Shown: positions 11,676 through 23,569 of the stretch, in pieces
Layout of the letters: the number at the start of each line of letters is the position of its first letter
How positions within the stretch are numbered: position 1 is the first letter of the stretch
Assembly (NCBI GenBank): GCA_032718475.1
Contig: JAUCBJ010003105.1
Coordinates: 1-44,095 of the forward strand
Source: Nemertoderma westbladi
Lineage: Eukaryota > Animalia > Xenacoelomorpha
Reading direction: 5' to 3'
Length of the DNA: 44,095 nt
Position numbers and translations under genes: made by a program
The notes under the pieces: model-generated
The model's input: only the letters and a program-made list of their open reading frames with translations
The model's database searches: none
Told to the model about the DNA's origin: nothing

Positions 11676-14301
11676 TGATCTTGATACGAGCGGTACTTAA
11701 CTGATCTTGGTACGAGCGGTAATTAAGTGATCTTGGTTCGAGCGGTAATTAAGTGATCTTGGTTCGAGCGGTAATTAAGTAATCTTGGTTCGAGCGGTAA
11801 TTTAGTGATCTTGGTTCGAGCGGTAATTATGTGATCTTGATTCGAGCGGTAATTAATTGATCTTGGTTCGAGCGGTAATTAAGTGATCTTGGTTCGAGCG
11901 GTAATTAAGTGATCTTGGTACGAGCGGTAATTATGTGATCTTGGTACGAGCGGTAATTAAGTGATCTTGGTTCGAGCGGGTAATTAAGTGATCTTGGTGC
12001 GAGCGGTAATTAAGTGATCTTGGATCGAGCGGTAATTACGTGACCTTGGTACGAGCGGTAATTAAGTGATCTTGGTTCGAGCGGTAATTAAGTGATCTTG
12101 GTACGAGCGGTAATTAAGTGATCTTGGTGCGAGCGGTAATTAAGTGATCTTGGATCGAGCGGTAATTACGTGACCTTGGTACGAGCGGTAATTAAGTGAT
12201 CTTGGTTCGAACGGTAATTAAGTGATCTTGGATCGAGCGGTAATTAAGTGATCTTGGTACGAGCGGTAATTAAGTGATCTTGGTACGAGCGGTAATTAAG
12301 TGATCTTGGATCAAGCGGTAATTAAGTGATCTTGGATCGAGCGGTAATTAAGTGATCTTGGATCGAGCGGTAATTAAGTGATCTTGGTACGAGCGGTAAT
12401 TAAGTGATCTTGGTACGGGCGGTAATTAAGTGATCTTGGATCGAGCGGTAATTAAGTGATCTTGGTACGAGCGGTAATTAAGTAATCTTGATACGAGCGG
12501 TAATTATGTGATCTTGGATCGAGCGGTAATTAAGTGATCTTGGTACGAGCTGTAATTAAGTGATCTTGGTTCGAGCGGTAATTAAGTGATCTTGGTTCGA
12601 GCGGTAATTAAGTGATCTTGGTACGAGCGTTAATTAAGTGATCTTGGTTCGAACGGTAATTAAGTGATCTTGGTTCGAGCGGTAATTAAGTGATCTTGGA
12701 TCGAGCGGTAATTAAGTGATCTTGGTACGGGCGGTAATTAAGTGTTCTTGGTACGAGCGGTAATTAAGTGATCTTGGTACGAGCGGTAATGAAGTAATCT
12801 TGGTACGAGCGGTAATTAAGTGATCTTGGTTCGAGCGGTAATTAAGTGATCTTGGTTCGAGCGGTAATTAAGTGATCTTGGTTCTAGCGGTAATTAAGTG
12901 ATCTTGGTTCGAGCGGTAATTAAGTAATCTTGATACGAGCGGTAATTATGTGATCTTGGATCGAGCGGTAATTAAGTGATCTTGGTACGAGCTGTAATTA
13001 AGTGATCTTGGTTCGAGCGGTAATTAAGTGATCTTGGTTCGAGCGGTAATTAAGTGATCTTGGTTTGAGCGGTAATTAAGTGATCTTGGATCGAGCGGTA
13101 ATTAAGTGATCTTGGTACGAGCGGTAATTAAGTGATCTTGGTTCGAACGGTAATTAAGTGATCTTGGTACGAGCGGTAATTAAGTGATCTTGGTTCGAAC
13201 GGTAATTAAATGACCTTGGTTCGAGCGGTAATTAAGTGATCTTGGTTCGAGCGGTAATTAAGTGATCTTGGATCGAGCGGTAATTAAGTGATCTTGGTAC
13301 GAGCGGTAATTAAGTGATCTTGGTTCGAACGGTAATTAAATGACCTTGGTTCGAGCGGTAATTAAGTGATCTTGGTTCGAGCGGTAATTAAGTGATCTTG
13401 GATCGAGCGGTAATTAAGTGATCTTGGTACGAGCGGTAATAAAGTGATCTTGGTTCGAACGGTAATTAAGTGACCTTGGTTCGAGCGGTAATTAAGTGAT
13501 CTTGGATCGAGCGGTAATTAAGTGATCTTGGTACGAGCGCTAATTAAGTGATCTTGGATAGAGCGGTAATTAAGTGATCTTGGTACGAGCGGTAATTAAG
13601 TGATCTTGGTACGAGCGGTAATTAAGTGATCTTGGATCGAGCGGTAATTAAGTGATCTTGGTACGATCGGTAATTAAGTGATCTTGGTACGAGCTGTAAT
13701 TAAGTGATCTTGGTTCGAGCGGTAATTAAGTGATCTTGGTTCGAGCGGTAATTAAGTAATCTTGATACGAGCGGCAATTATGTGATCTTGGATCGAGCGG
13801 TAATTAAGTGATCTTGGTACGAGCTGTAATTATGTGATCTTGGATCGAGCGGTAATTATGTGATCTTGGTTCGAGCGGTAATTAAGTAATCTTGGTACAA
13901 GCGGTAATTAAGTGATCTTGGTACGAGCTGTAATTATGTGATCTTGGATCGAGCGGTAATTAAGTGATCTTGGTACGAGCTGTAATTAAGTGATCTTGGT
14001 TCGAGCGGTAATTAAGTGATCTTGGTTCGAGCGGTAATTAAGTAATCTTGATACGAGCGGCAATTATGTGATCTTGGATCGAGCGGTAATTAAGTGATCT
14101 TGGTACGAGCTGTAATTATGTGATCTTGGATCGAGCGGTAATTATGTGATCTTGGTTCGAGCGGTAATTAAGTAATCTTGGTACAAGCGGTAATTAAGTG
14201 ACCTTGGTACGAGCTGTAATTATGTGATCTTGGATCGAGCGGTAATTATGTGATCTTGGTACGAGCGGTAATTATGTGATCTTGGTTCGAGCGGTAATTA
14301 A
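11676..14301. repeat. 26-bp tandem satellite (GTGATCTTGGTTCGAGCGGTAATTAA), ~100 copies
   Basis: Direct periodicity with TT/TA/AT variants at the central positions. Confidence 0.98.
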
Positions 14302-14326
14302 AACTTATTTCCAATGCTTCTGATAG

Positions 14327-14510
14327 GTTGCTGGTATTTTCCGTAACGGTGCTGAAGGACCAGAGGATCATCGTTGTATCCGAGCAACGGAAGGACGTCA
14401 CGGAAGAGGCGTGCTTCCAGTGGATGTCCCGTGTAATACACGCCGTAGACGCTATACACCAGGTCTCCGTGTACTGTCTGGCTCTGGTAGCCGCCAACGA
14501 TTTACCAAAG
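14327..14510 (+). CDS. DIP2: DIP2 internal exon C (LLVFSVTVLKDQRIIVVSEQR...FQWMSRVIHAVDAIHQVSVYCLALVAANDLPK)
   Basis: tgatag acceptor, gtttgt donor; phase fits exon B; FQWMSRV..A.D.IHQV.VYCLALV signature. Confidence 0.94.
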
Positions 14511-15088
14511 GTTTGTTTGTACACTACACGCAAGGCGTTACTATGCATCCAACCATGAAATGAGACGAAATATACCAATCTATTTACCTTTTATAAAAAC
14601 CGAAACATTCAATAACTTTTTAGAAATAAATGTTAACTATTTCACACTGCTAGAGGTCACCGAGGCACCAACAATTTGAAATATTCTTCTCGGGATTAAT
14701 AATCCGCCATTTTGGTCATGACCAACTTCCAATAATCACTTATGACTCACTGGCGATGAACTAGGAGTTGGTCATCATGATGTAGTTAATGAATAGAAAG
14801 TTCCTTTAATACAAATGGTGAACCAAATGGCAACTTATTTAAGACCTGGGCTCGATAATAAAATTGAAAGTTTTACCATTTTTTTTTACTCTTTCACAGC
14901 ACTCGGACCGTGGTGTCATTAAAATTTTCAAATTGTTTTATTATTTGTTTTATTTTTAATATTTTATAAACCAATTCAATTGACAAATTAATTATCGCAC
15001 CACGGCTCGATTGCTTAATCTTTGTAATTTAGCCTGATTTAATTAATATAGTACAGACTGACTAATTAATGTTATCGTTATTCCACAG

Positions 15089-15397
15089 ACTCCGCTGGGG
15101 GGCGTCGACGTAACTGAGACTAAGAAACGTTTCGAGCTGGGGTGTCTACACATGATCAACCTGATGCTGTGTCCGCACAACTGCATAACCAACCTACCGA
15201 AACCGAGAGTGAAACCGGACGAGAGTGTGGGACCGGCGAGCATCATGGTCGGGTGTCTGGTGCAAGGAACGCGGATCACCGGAGCCCAGGGCCGCGTGGT
15301 CCCCTGCTGGGACGAGGCCAACGATAAAAAGGTTACCGCCGGTCTACAGGACGAGATGTTTAACCGAGCCGCCGGGGCGGCAGCCACTCGGGCCTCG
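15089..15397 (+). CDS. DIP2: DIP2 internal exon D (TPLGGVDVTETKKRF...CPHNCITNLPKPR...VGPASIMVG...); alternative donor after 15331
   Basis: ccacag acceptor; donor either gttacc (15332) or gtatga (15398), both phase 0. Confidence 0.88.
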
Positions 15398-16339
15398 GTA
15401 TGATCAGCCTGTCCACTTCCGGCATTCTATATCAATGTTTGCCTGCCGAGTAGTTTATGTGGCTGACTCCCTGGCTGCTCTAACCCGTCGTTTAGCAGAG
15501 GAGAACGAAAAATTAGTGTTATTTCTCTAATTTCATGTGAAATTTAGCTACTACAGTAGTTTCATGTGCAGAAAGGGCGAACTAATTTAGATTTCTATGA
15601 ACGGGTGTGTGGGGGGGGGGGGGGGGGGGGGGGAAATCATTGCTCTCTAGGGGCCATCGGCGGATATGGCTATTTCTTGTAAAACACTAACCCAGTAACT
15701 ATTATTGCAACTATTTTTGGGCGAAAGTTTTTGAGATTCAGTTTTTCGGAAAGAATATGAAACATAATTGTCATTCATAGATAATACTTATTGGCTTCAA
15801 AGTTGAACCCTTCCTGATTAGTTAATAATGTCTGGCTTGAGACACCCCACAGAGCTAAATATTTCATTAAATGCGTTTTTTGAGGTCAGTGATTTAATTT
15901 TTGATGCCAAACTTATATGTTACGGTAGCCCTGTTAGATTCCATAGACGGAATATTTTCTCGTTAGATATAGCTAAACCCCCCTCTCGTAGCGCATGGCT
16001 CTTAGTTTCTACGCACTCTCGTTTACTTTCATCCATAGAAACGCGGCCTGCCATTGACGTTATCTCGTATATTGTTATTTACTCTCTCTATTCTAGACTT
16101 ATTTTGCCACCATAACCGTTTCTGTCTTAAATCTAGAGATTTTATTAATTTAAATGTGATACTGTGCCATAATATATTAATTGTCTAACGTTAGAATTTA
16201 TCGAAGTGAAATTAAATTTTGTATTAAAATGTGACCTTATTTTCTTTTAAAAACTAATAATCGACTATTTCTCGAAACTTTAATAACTTAGAATGTATAA
16301 GACATGAGTCGGTTGTATAATTATTACTTTATCTGACAG

Positions 16340-16586
16340 TTCCAGGTGCTTTCAGACATTCTACGTTGGCGCGCCAGTAAGACTCCGGAACACGTGCTGT
16401 TTCAGCTTATTTCGCAGAAGGGCCTCGCCGTCCAATCAGCAACGTGCGCGTACCTACACCGCAGGGCAGAACGTATCGCATGCCTCCTAGTGGAAAAAGG
16501 ACGAACTCTCCCGGGCTCCCACGTGGCTCTGGTGTTCCCTCCAGGAATCGAACTTATTGCCAGTTTCTATGGGTGTCTATATCTCG
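16340..16586 (+). CDS. DIP2: DIP2 internal exon E (FQVLSDILRWRASKTPEHVLF...PPGIELIASFYGCLYLG), start of the second AMP-binding-like domain
   Basis: tgacag acceptor, gtaagt donor at 16587; LHRRAERIA and PPGIELIA.FYGCLY signatures. Confidence 0.93.
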
Positions 16587-17722
16587 GTAAGTGTACCGAG
16601 CTCATTACCAGTTTCTATGGGTGTCTATATCTCGGTAAGTGTACCGAGCTCATTACCAGTTTCTATGGGTGTCTATATCTCGGTAAGTGTACCGAGCTCA
16701 TTACCAGTTTCTATGGGTGTCTATATCTCGGTAAGTGTACCGAGCTCATTACCAGTTTCTATGGGTGTCTATATCTCGGTAAGTGTACCGAGCTCATTAC
16801 CAGTTTCTATGGGTGTCTATATCTCGGTAAGTGTACCGAGCTCATTACCAGTTTCTATGGGTGTCTATATCTCGGTAAGTGTACCGAGCTCATTACCAGT
16901 TTCTATGGGTGTCTATATCTCGGTAAGTGTACCGAGCTCATTACCAGTTTCTATGGGTGCCTATATCTCGGTAAGTGTACCGAGCTCATTACCAGTTTCT
17001 ATGGGTGTCTATATCTCGGTAAGTCTATCGAGCTCATTACCAGTTTCTATGGGTGTCTATATCTCGGTAAGTCTATCGAGCTCATTACCAGTTTCTATGG
17101 GTGTCTATATCTCGGTAAGTGTATCGAGCTCATTACCAGTTTCTATGGGTGTCTATATCTCGGTAAGTGTACCGAGCTCATTACCAGTTTCTATGGGTGT
17201 CTATATCTCGGTAAGTGTACCGAGCTCATTACCAGTTTCTATTGGTGCCTATATCTCGGTAAGTGTACCGAGCTCATTACCAGTTTCTATGGGTGTCTAT
17301 ATCTCGGTAAGTGTACCGAGCTCATTACCAGTTTCTATGGGTGTCTATATCTCGGTAAGTGTACCGAGCTCATTACCAGTTTCTATTGGTGCCTATATCT
17401 CGGTAGGTGTACCGAGCTCATTGCCAGTTTCTATGGGTGTCTATATCTCGGTAAGTGTACCGAGCTCATTACCAGTTTCTATTGGTGCCTATATCTCGGT
17501 AAGTGTACCGAGCTCATTACCAGTTTCTATGGGTGCCTATATCTCGGTAGGTGTACCGAGCTCATTACCAGTTTCTATGGGTGTCTATATCTCGGTAAGT
17601 GTACCGAGCTCATTACCAGTTTCTATGGGTGTCTATATCTCGGTAAGTGTACCGAGCTCATTACCAGTTTCTATGGGTGTCTATATCTCGGTAAGCGTAC
17701 CGAGCTCATTACCAGTTTCTAT
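16550..17722 (+). repeat. 48-bp minisatellite, ~24 copies, made of the last 37 nt of DIP2 exon E plus the first 11 nt of the intron
   Basis: Unit GTAAGTGTACCGAGCTCATTACCAGTTTCTATGGGTGTCTATATCTCG; donor-like sites every 48 nt from 16587 to 17691. Confidence 0.98.
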
Positions 17723-18380
17723 TGTCGTGCTAATTAATGCTCGTTAATTTTTATTTTTGATTGGGGTAATTCATTTTTGATTTATTGTAGTATATATTAT
17801 TGCTAATTAATTTGTTTTTAATTATGCTCAGCAAAACTTAATTGTCATTGTAAACTTCTATCACTTATCCTACAAAACTGAAACTTTTAAGTGCTTCGCG
17901 CGAAAAGTTACTGGATTTTCGATGTTAAGAGACGTTAATAACGTGTTTATTGATTTGCTAAAATACATCCGCCATTAGCCATGATTTCTATATTTGCATT
18001 GAAGATTTCAGTTTGTCGGGATCGGAAATTAAATTTGATTTTCTAACTATAAATTTAAATATTAAAAATCAATAACTGTTGTATATCTTTTATGTGAGGG
18101 ACCCACCGAGCCATTTATTTTGCTATTGTTCGAATTATTTACAGCGAATGAAAACATACCAGACGAGAAAAACAAAATACTAACGTAGGAAATCAGCACA
18201 GCTTAACAAACACAAGATAGTTGTACATAGGGAACTGGTATTTATTTATTTATTGGAATAATTACTGCAAAATATATGCACGATAATAGTTGAAAAATAC
18301 TCTCAATAAATCTATACCCTAATAAAGAAAACTAAGACAAGGCAAGTATACCTATAAAATAGAGCCGTACTAGACCTGGG

Positions 18381-19907
18381 CTATAGTTCCTCGTGGAACT
18401 CTGTTGTCAGTTTGTCTAACTCGAGCGGCGGCAAATTGTCCTTACACACCGCTGGCGTGTGGAACACCATGTTGTACTCGCAACGACTGGGTTCGCTCGC
18501 TTCCCTCAGTTGGTTGTCCACCCCGCAGACAAGCTGCACCCTGGTAGACCGAGAGGGCCCGTTCCAGCAGGCCAACCCATCCTTGTAGACCATAGTGTCG
18601 TCCTCCCACGATCCCCAGCGCCCCAGACTGGTTTCGGAGCCGCCACTGGCCCCGGACTGTACGACCTTATCGAACGGACACAGTCTGTAGGTGTACTCCG
18701 CTGTGCTCAACTCGAAACATTGGCCTCGTAGCGGGAGGAACTCGTAATCGCCGCCGTGGTCCCCTTCAACCACCTTCTTTAGCTCTCGTAACTCAGTGTC
18801 CAACTGGTTTACCTTGCTCTCTATTTCTTTGTGATGGTTCCTAGCGGTGGTGGCAGCTTCCACTGCCAACTGCGTCTCTTCGTCGAACTCTTCTTCAGTC
18901 TCCTTAACCTCCCCCACTACCTCCCCGTCGTCCTGTTCCTCAGGTATATCCACATCATCGTCTTCTCCAACCCCCTTGTAGACGTGTTTCATATACTCCC
19001 ACACGTAGTCCCTAAAGTCGTCCCTGTTGACCTCCGTCAACCCTCCCATGTAGGACTCGGCCTCTTCAGCCGTCGTTTCTCCGTCGTCGTTTACGTCGAA
19101 GTCCGCTACCGACGTCACTTCGTCCACGGTAATCAACCCGTCACTGTTATCGTCTAACTCGTAAAAGGCCTCATCTACCTCATCTTTATCCACCTTCCCG
19201 GTATCTTTCTTTTTTTCACTCTTCTCTAATACTTTATCTACCGGTACCTCATCTGACTCTTTATTTAACTCATCTTTCTCCCTCTCTTCCTTCAGTTTAT
19301 CGAACTTCTCTTTGGCTTCCTTCTCTACGACTTCCGCCTCTTCCTTAGCTGTTGCCGCGGCCTCCAGCAGCCCTCTCTGCTCATCTAACTCCACTTCAAT
19401 ATCTTCCTTTCTCAGCAACCTTTTCTCGTGGATTATTTTTCCCTCCTTCTTGTACCGGAGTTTCACTTGGACTCCCTGTTTCTGGAGCTCGTAATAGGCC
19501 TGGCGTTTCCGCAACGACTCCATACCCAGTAGTCGGCATGAGTTCTCGCAACTGCCGACAGGTTCGTCCGATCCGTCGCAACAGTCGCAGATTGTGTCGC
19601 CGACTCGACTCGACGGGACGTATCGGCCTCGATGGCCGATGTTCTCGCAGTAGAATCGGCCTGCTGGACAGGCCGATGTCCCTGGTTCGTCGCTGGAATC
19701 CTTGCAGTCGCAATAATCGTCGTTGACTTTATCGAATTTTATTAAACCATTTCCATCATGGCAATAGAATTTCCCGCCATTGTTTTTGTACAGAGAGTAT
19801 CGGGTTGGTTCAACGCCATGTAGATGTGTAGGAACTCCGGTTGCTGGGTTAACCAATATAATTACTAGGAATGCTAGTCCATGAAATAAAATTGCTTGAT
19901 ATTGCAT
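18381..19907 (-). CDS. PRKCSH: Glucosidase II beta subunit (PRKCSH/80K-H), intronless, nested in a DIP2 intron
   Basis: Signal peptide; VNDDYCDCKDSSDEPGTSAC; CDCCDGSDE; EF-hand-like loops DDNSDGLIT and DVNDDGETT; acidic tract; MRH domain (EYTYRLCPF, CWNGPSRST, EPSRCEY); C-terminal HEEL ER-retention signal; AATAAA on the - strand near 18241-18254. Confidence 0.96.
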   Translation of the reverse strand: MQYQAILFHGLAFLVIILVNPATGVPTHLHGVEPTRYSLYKNNGGKFYCHDGNGLIKFDKVNDDYCDCKDSSDEPGTSACPAGRFYCENIGHRGRYVPSSRVGDTICDCCDGSDEPVGSCENSCRLLGMESLRKRQAYYELQKQGVQVKLRYKKEGKIIHEKRLLRKEDIEVELDEQRGLLEAAATAKEEAEVVEKEAKEKFDKLKEEREKDELNKESDEVPVDKVLEKSEKKKDTGKVDKDEVDEAFYELDDNSDGLITVDEVTSVADFDVNDDGETTAEEAESYMGGLTEVNRDDFRDYVWEYMKHVYKGVGEDDDVDIPEEQDDGEVVGEVKETEEEFDEETQLAVEAATTARNHHKEIESKVNQLDTELRELKKVVEGDHGGDYEFLPLRGQCFELSTAEYTYRLCPFDKVVQSGASGGSETSLGRWGSWEDDTMVYKDGLACWNGPSRSTRVQLVCGVDNQLREASEPSRCEYNMVFHTPAVCKDNLPPLELDKLTTEFHEEL

Positions 19908-20415
19908 TGTGTTGCAGTGTTGTACGCCAGGATAATTTAATACCTACCGAACAGATACCGGTACCGGTATTCAGGTATTGGACATAGACAGATAGACATA
20001 CGCGTAGGCCGTAACTCATCCGTATACAGTATACGTATACGATATACTGATATACTATACTACACTACAGCACTATGTCACCAGATCCACCCAAACGTCA
20101 CCACCATTATGTCGCCATATCCACCAAAGCCATTAGTATTAAATGAATGGTTAATTATAGTAAATAAATATAATATTATTAAGAAGTATTTTTGTTTAGA
20201 CGCCATTTGAATAGTATAAATACCAGTACAAACATCTGAACATAATAAATTGCAAAATATAGTTTACTGAGGTATATTTAAACTAATACGATTCAAACAT
20301 TGTCTGACTACCCATAATAAGCATGGAATTACCTATATATCCTATTGTAAAAGTTTCAGCCTACGCTAATTTTGCCTAATTCTCGGCTCCTGTATTAAAG
20401 GCCTTGTGCCTTGCC

Positions 20416-20663
20416 TAAAGGCCCATTTATACTCGGCCGTACGACAAGGTCGTACAGCGGCCGTGAGATCAACGTACGGCCTTAATCCATGGCAGTACGG
20501 TGCCGTACGGAATCTGTAGTTGTTTTAAGACCGCATAGTTATATTGCCGTACGACATGATAGACCACCTGACGACTGCTGTACGGACAAATATCACAATT
20601 TCTTACCGTACGGTCACCGTACGGCTGTAGTATGTAGTACGGCCGATTATAAATGAGCCTTTA
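20416..20663. mobile_element. ~245-bp MITE (Tourist/Harbinger-like termini) with internal CGTACG motifs
   Basis: TAAAGGCCCATTTATACTCGGCCGTAC versus GTACGGCCGATTATAAATGAGCCTTTA. Confidence 0.8.
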
Positions 20664-20706
20664 CTGTTTAGGCTTACCTAAACGTGACCGTTACACTGTC
20701 ATACTG

Positions 20707-20840
20707 TACAATCATACTTAAAGAATAGGCCTACTGTTACTTTATTTCAAGCCGTGACATATATTTATAGCACCCCATATACCCATGGCTCATCATCGAG
20801 TTAACTTTATTTCACGGCGTATTTCACTCCGTCTTGAAAT
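20707..20840. repeat. Interspersed repeat; a second diverged direct copy lies at ~22548-22655
   Basis: Shared TACAATCATACT..GTTACTTTATTTCA..GCACCCC..ACTTTATTTCACGGC.TATTTCAC. Confidence 0.65.
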
Positions 20841-21213
20841 ACAGTTTCTTGGCAAAAATGAAACTGTAACCTCTACTATTGGGCGGAATTAACAAAAAAC
20901 TAGGGTTTTATCCCCACTGAGGTAATACTGAATGGATATACGGGGGGGGGGGGGGGGGGGGGGGGGTTCAAGTACTGGCGGACTCACTGACTCACTCGAC
21001 CCTATAATACTGTCATGCAACCTTATCCCTAAGCTGCTAAGGCTCAGCTTTGGTTTGTTTTTGGATAAGGGTTTGTTGGTCAGACCCAAACTCATTTAAC
21101 CATAAACCTAAGAAATGAGACTAATCTATTAAATACGAATCAACTTAGAATTTATTAATTACGCAATTCGGGGATACTATAATTTAAATTTGAATTTATC
21201 TCACGTATTCTAG

Positions 21214-21353
21214 GTTGTGTTCCTATACCAGTTCGACCTCCACATGCTCAAAACATCGCAACCACCCTTCCCACCTTTAGGATGATCATTGAAGTTTCCA
21301 AATCACATGTAATACTAACTACTGCTAGTATTCGCAATTTACTTAAGTCTAAG
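21214..21353 (+). CDS. DIP2: DIP2 internal exon F (GCVPIPVRPPHAQNIATTLPTFRMIIEVSKSHVILTTASIRNLLKSK)
   Basis: ttctag acceptor, gttagt donor; phase 1 fits exon E; VRPPHAQN..TLPT.RMI signature. Not in the ORF track. Confidence 0.93.
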
Positions 21354-21852
21354 GTTAGTTTACTGGAATTCGGCAAAAAAACATAATATATTATCACTCC
21401 ACGATACTTTATTTATCTTATATCTAATTAAAAATACTACCAATGTTGCAGATCTACTTTAAGTACAGTATTAGTGTCGCGGTGTTTGAGTGGATACACT
21501 GTGCCTACACTGCTTCGTGCTTCCACACTGTTCAACCCCACACTGTTCGGCGGCACAGATTTGATTCAGAATAAAGACTTCTGAAATTTGGGAACCTGGT
21601 TGCTGTTGGGGTTGTGGGAAAGGGTTGATAGTTATTTAGTGTTCATTTACATCCTTGGGAGTTAATGTGGCGCCCTTCCTGCCTTATAGATAGCAACCAA
21701 GAGATAGGAGACTTCGGGTTGCCTCCGATGTTTGGTTTTTCACCGCTCAATTTACTTTTTACCTTACGGATTACATTCATAATTAATAAATGTCCATAAT
21801 TGTTGTATTTATTTTTAGTTTTAAACGATATGATTATATTTGTTTTTTATAG

Positions 21853-22009
21853 GATTCCACTACAGTGATAGATTTTAAATCGTGGCCGACCGTACTAGAC
21901 AGTGAGGATAGCGCAAAACGAAAACAGATAGACATCGATGTTCCCCAAACTACGGCGGACGATCTAGCCTATCTGGACTTCAGTGTTTCTACAACTGGGG
22001 TTCTAGCAG
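21853..22009 (+). CDS. DIP2: DIP2 internal exon G (DSTTVIDFKSWPTVLDSED...LAYLDFSVSTTGVLA)
   Basis: ttatag acceptor, gtcagc donor; AYLDFSVSTTG signature. Confidence 0.92.
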
Positions 22010-22195
22010 GTCAGCAAAATATCTACTAAAATAGAGTCTGAGTCTATGTACTGTTAAAAACAATTTACTTTATTTTCGGAACCAATTCAAATATTCTCCA
22101 CGTTTAAATAACCAAAGACCCTAAATTTATTGATTTCAATAGGTAATGAAAACTTATTGTATTTTAATGTTGTACTGTCAAATAATTCGTTTCAG

Positions 22196-22334
22196 GCATT
22201 AAAATGACTCAAGGTGCTGCAGCAGCTCTGTGCCGATCTCAAAAACTCGCGTGCGAACTTTATCCTACCAGGGTAGTTGCATTGAGTTTGGATCCTTATT
22301 GTGGACTAGGATTGGTGCTATGGTGTCTTAGTAG
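22196..22334 (+). CDS. DIP2: DIP2 internal exon H (GIKMTQGAAAALCRSQKLACELYPTRVVALSLDPYCGLGLVLWCLS)
   Basis: tttcag acceptor, gtgagt donor; KL.CELY..R....LDPYCGLG..LWCL signature. Confidence 0.93.
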
Positions 22335-23569
22335 GTGAGTATCTGCTTTCAGCTGATTCCTGAGTTAGGCGAATTTTTTAAGTTCATGATCTTTGCGCTA
22401 GTGGTGAAAGCAGTGACATAATGAGTGACACCGGTCCCATCTACCATACGGTACCGGTAACGGCCTATGTATCTTGGGCTGTCTGCATCCGTGATGAATG
22501 ACTTACTCTTAGGCCTACCTCAGCGTCAGCGTTACCGTAGAATACGGTACAATCATACTGAAAAAATACAGTTACTTTATTTCACGCGAAGCACCCCAAA
22601 GCCCATCATTTAGTTTACTTTATTTCACGGCTTATTTCACGCTGACTTGAAAATATTGAAATAATATTAAAACAAATGTATCGACACAACAGTAAAATTC
22701 GAATATCGAAATTGTACTTTGCGAGTTAATTCCGTAATTTACTAGTACATAGGAAAAATATGTTGTGTATGTGAGGTGACATGTAATTTGAAGAAAGTTA
22801 CTAGTGCTTTGCATAGTTAAAGCGTTCGGTGTTTTGAGTTTAGAGGTTCGTCAGGGATTGGGATGGACGGCCAGTTATAAATAACTACTTGGGATGGATT
22901 CTCGAGTGAGCTGCGATCATAATATGTGATGAAAACTATCTGTAAATATATTTTCCAAGCACCGTTGCTGAGCTGATTTCTACTTACATCGTACTTGCTG
23001 TGGCAGAATCCCATCAGGATTGGATAATTTCATTAATTGGAATCGTTGTGGAAAAGTCCTTCAGTTAGCTTATTAAACTATTAACTTATTAAATGCAACC
23101 GTTTTGAAATTTAACCTGTTATTAAATTTAATAATATAGAATAACAAGAATTATATAGGGGTATTCTGCAACAAAACTACAAGTCATCCCAGCGGACTTT
23201 TACCAACTATCGGATACTTCCGACAGACAAACACACAGACATTAGGAAAACGGTCATTAATTAACCTGTCTCTGGTGACTCAACGCGCATTTATTATTTT
23301 GTTTAATATCAAAATATTTATATTTTTGTTCAATCTATAGAAAATATGAAGTTTTCGGTCAATAATTGAATTATCAGTATTAAAAGGTCCTATGTAACTG
23401 ATGCCCCCCTCGCTACGCCACTGTTTGCAGTAAATTATTAACACCCTGATTTCATCTTCAGACCTGACCAAATACTAGTCCTGTAATTTATTGCCGGTAT
23501 TCTGGGTGCAGATAGGGGGGCCCATGTGAAGAATACCAGACTTTCTGCCGTTATATTTCGCTTTGCAGT

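Noticed and set aside
3548-14301. 53-bp and 26-bp arrays as CRISPR arrays
   Set aside because: Units abut with no unique spacers, there are no cas genes, and the context is spliceosomal introns.
16346-17747. 463-aa and 396-aa ORFs as stand-alone repeat proteins
   Set aside because: The first is DIP2 exon E read through the 48-bp array; the second is an alternative frame of the same stop-free repeat.
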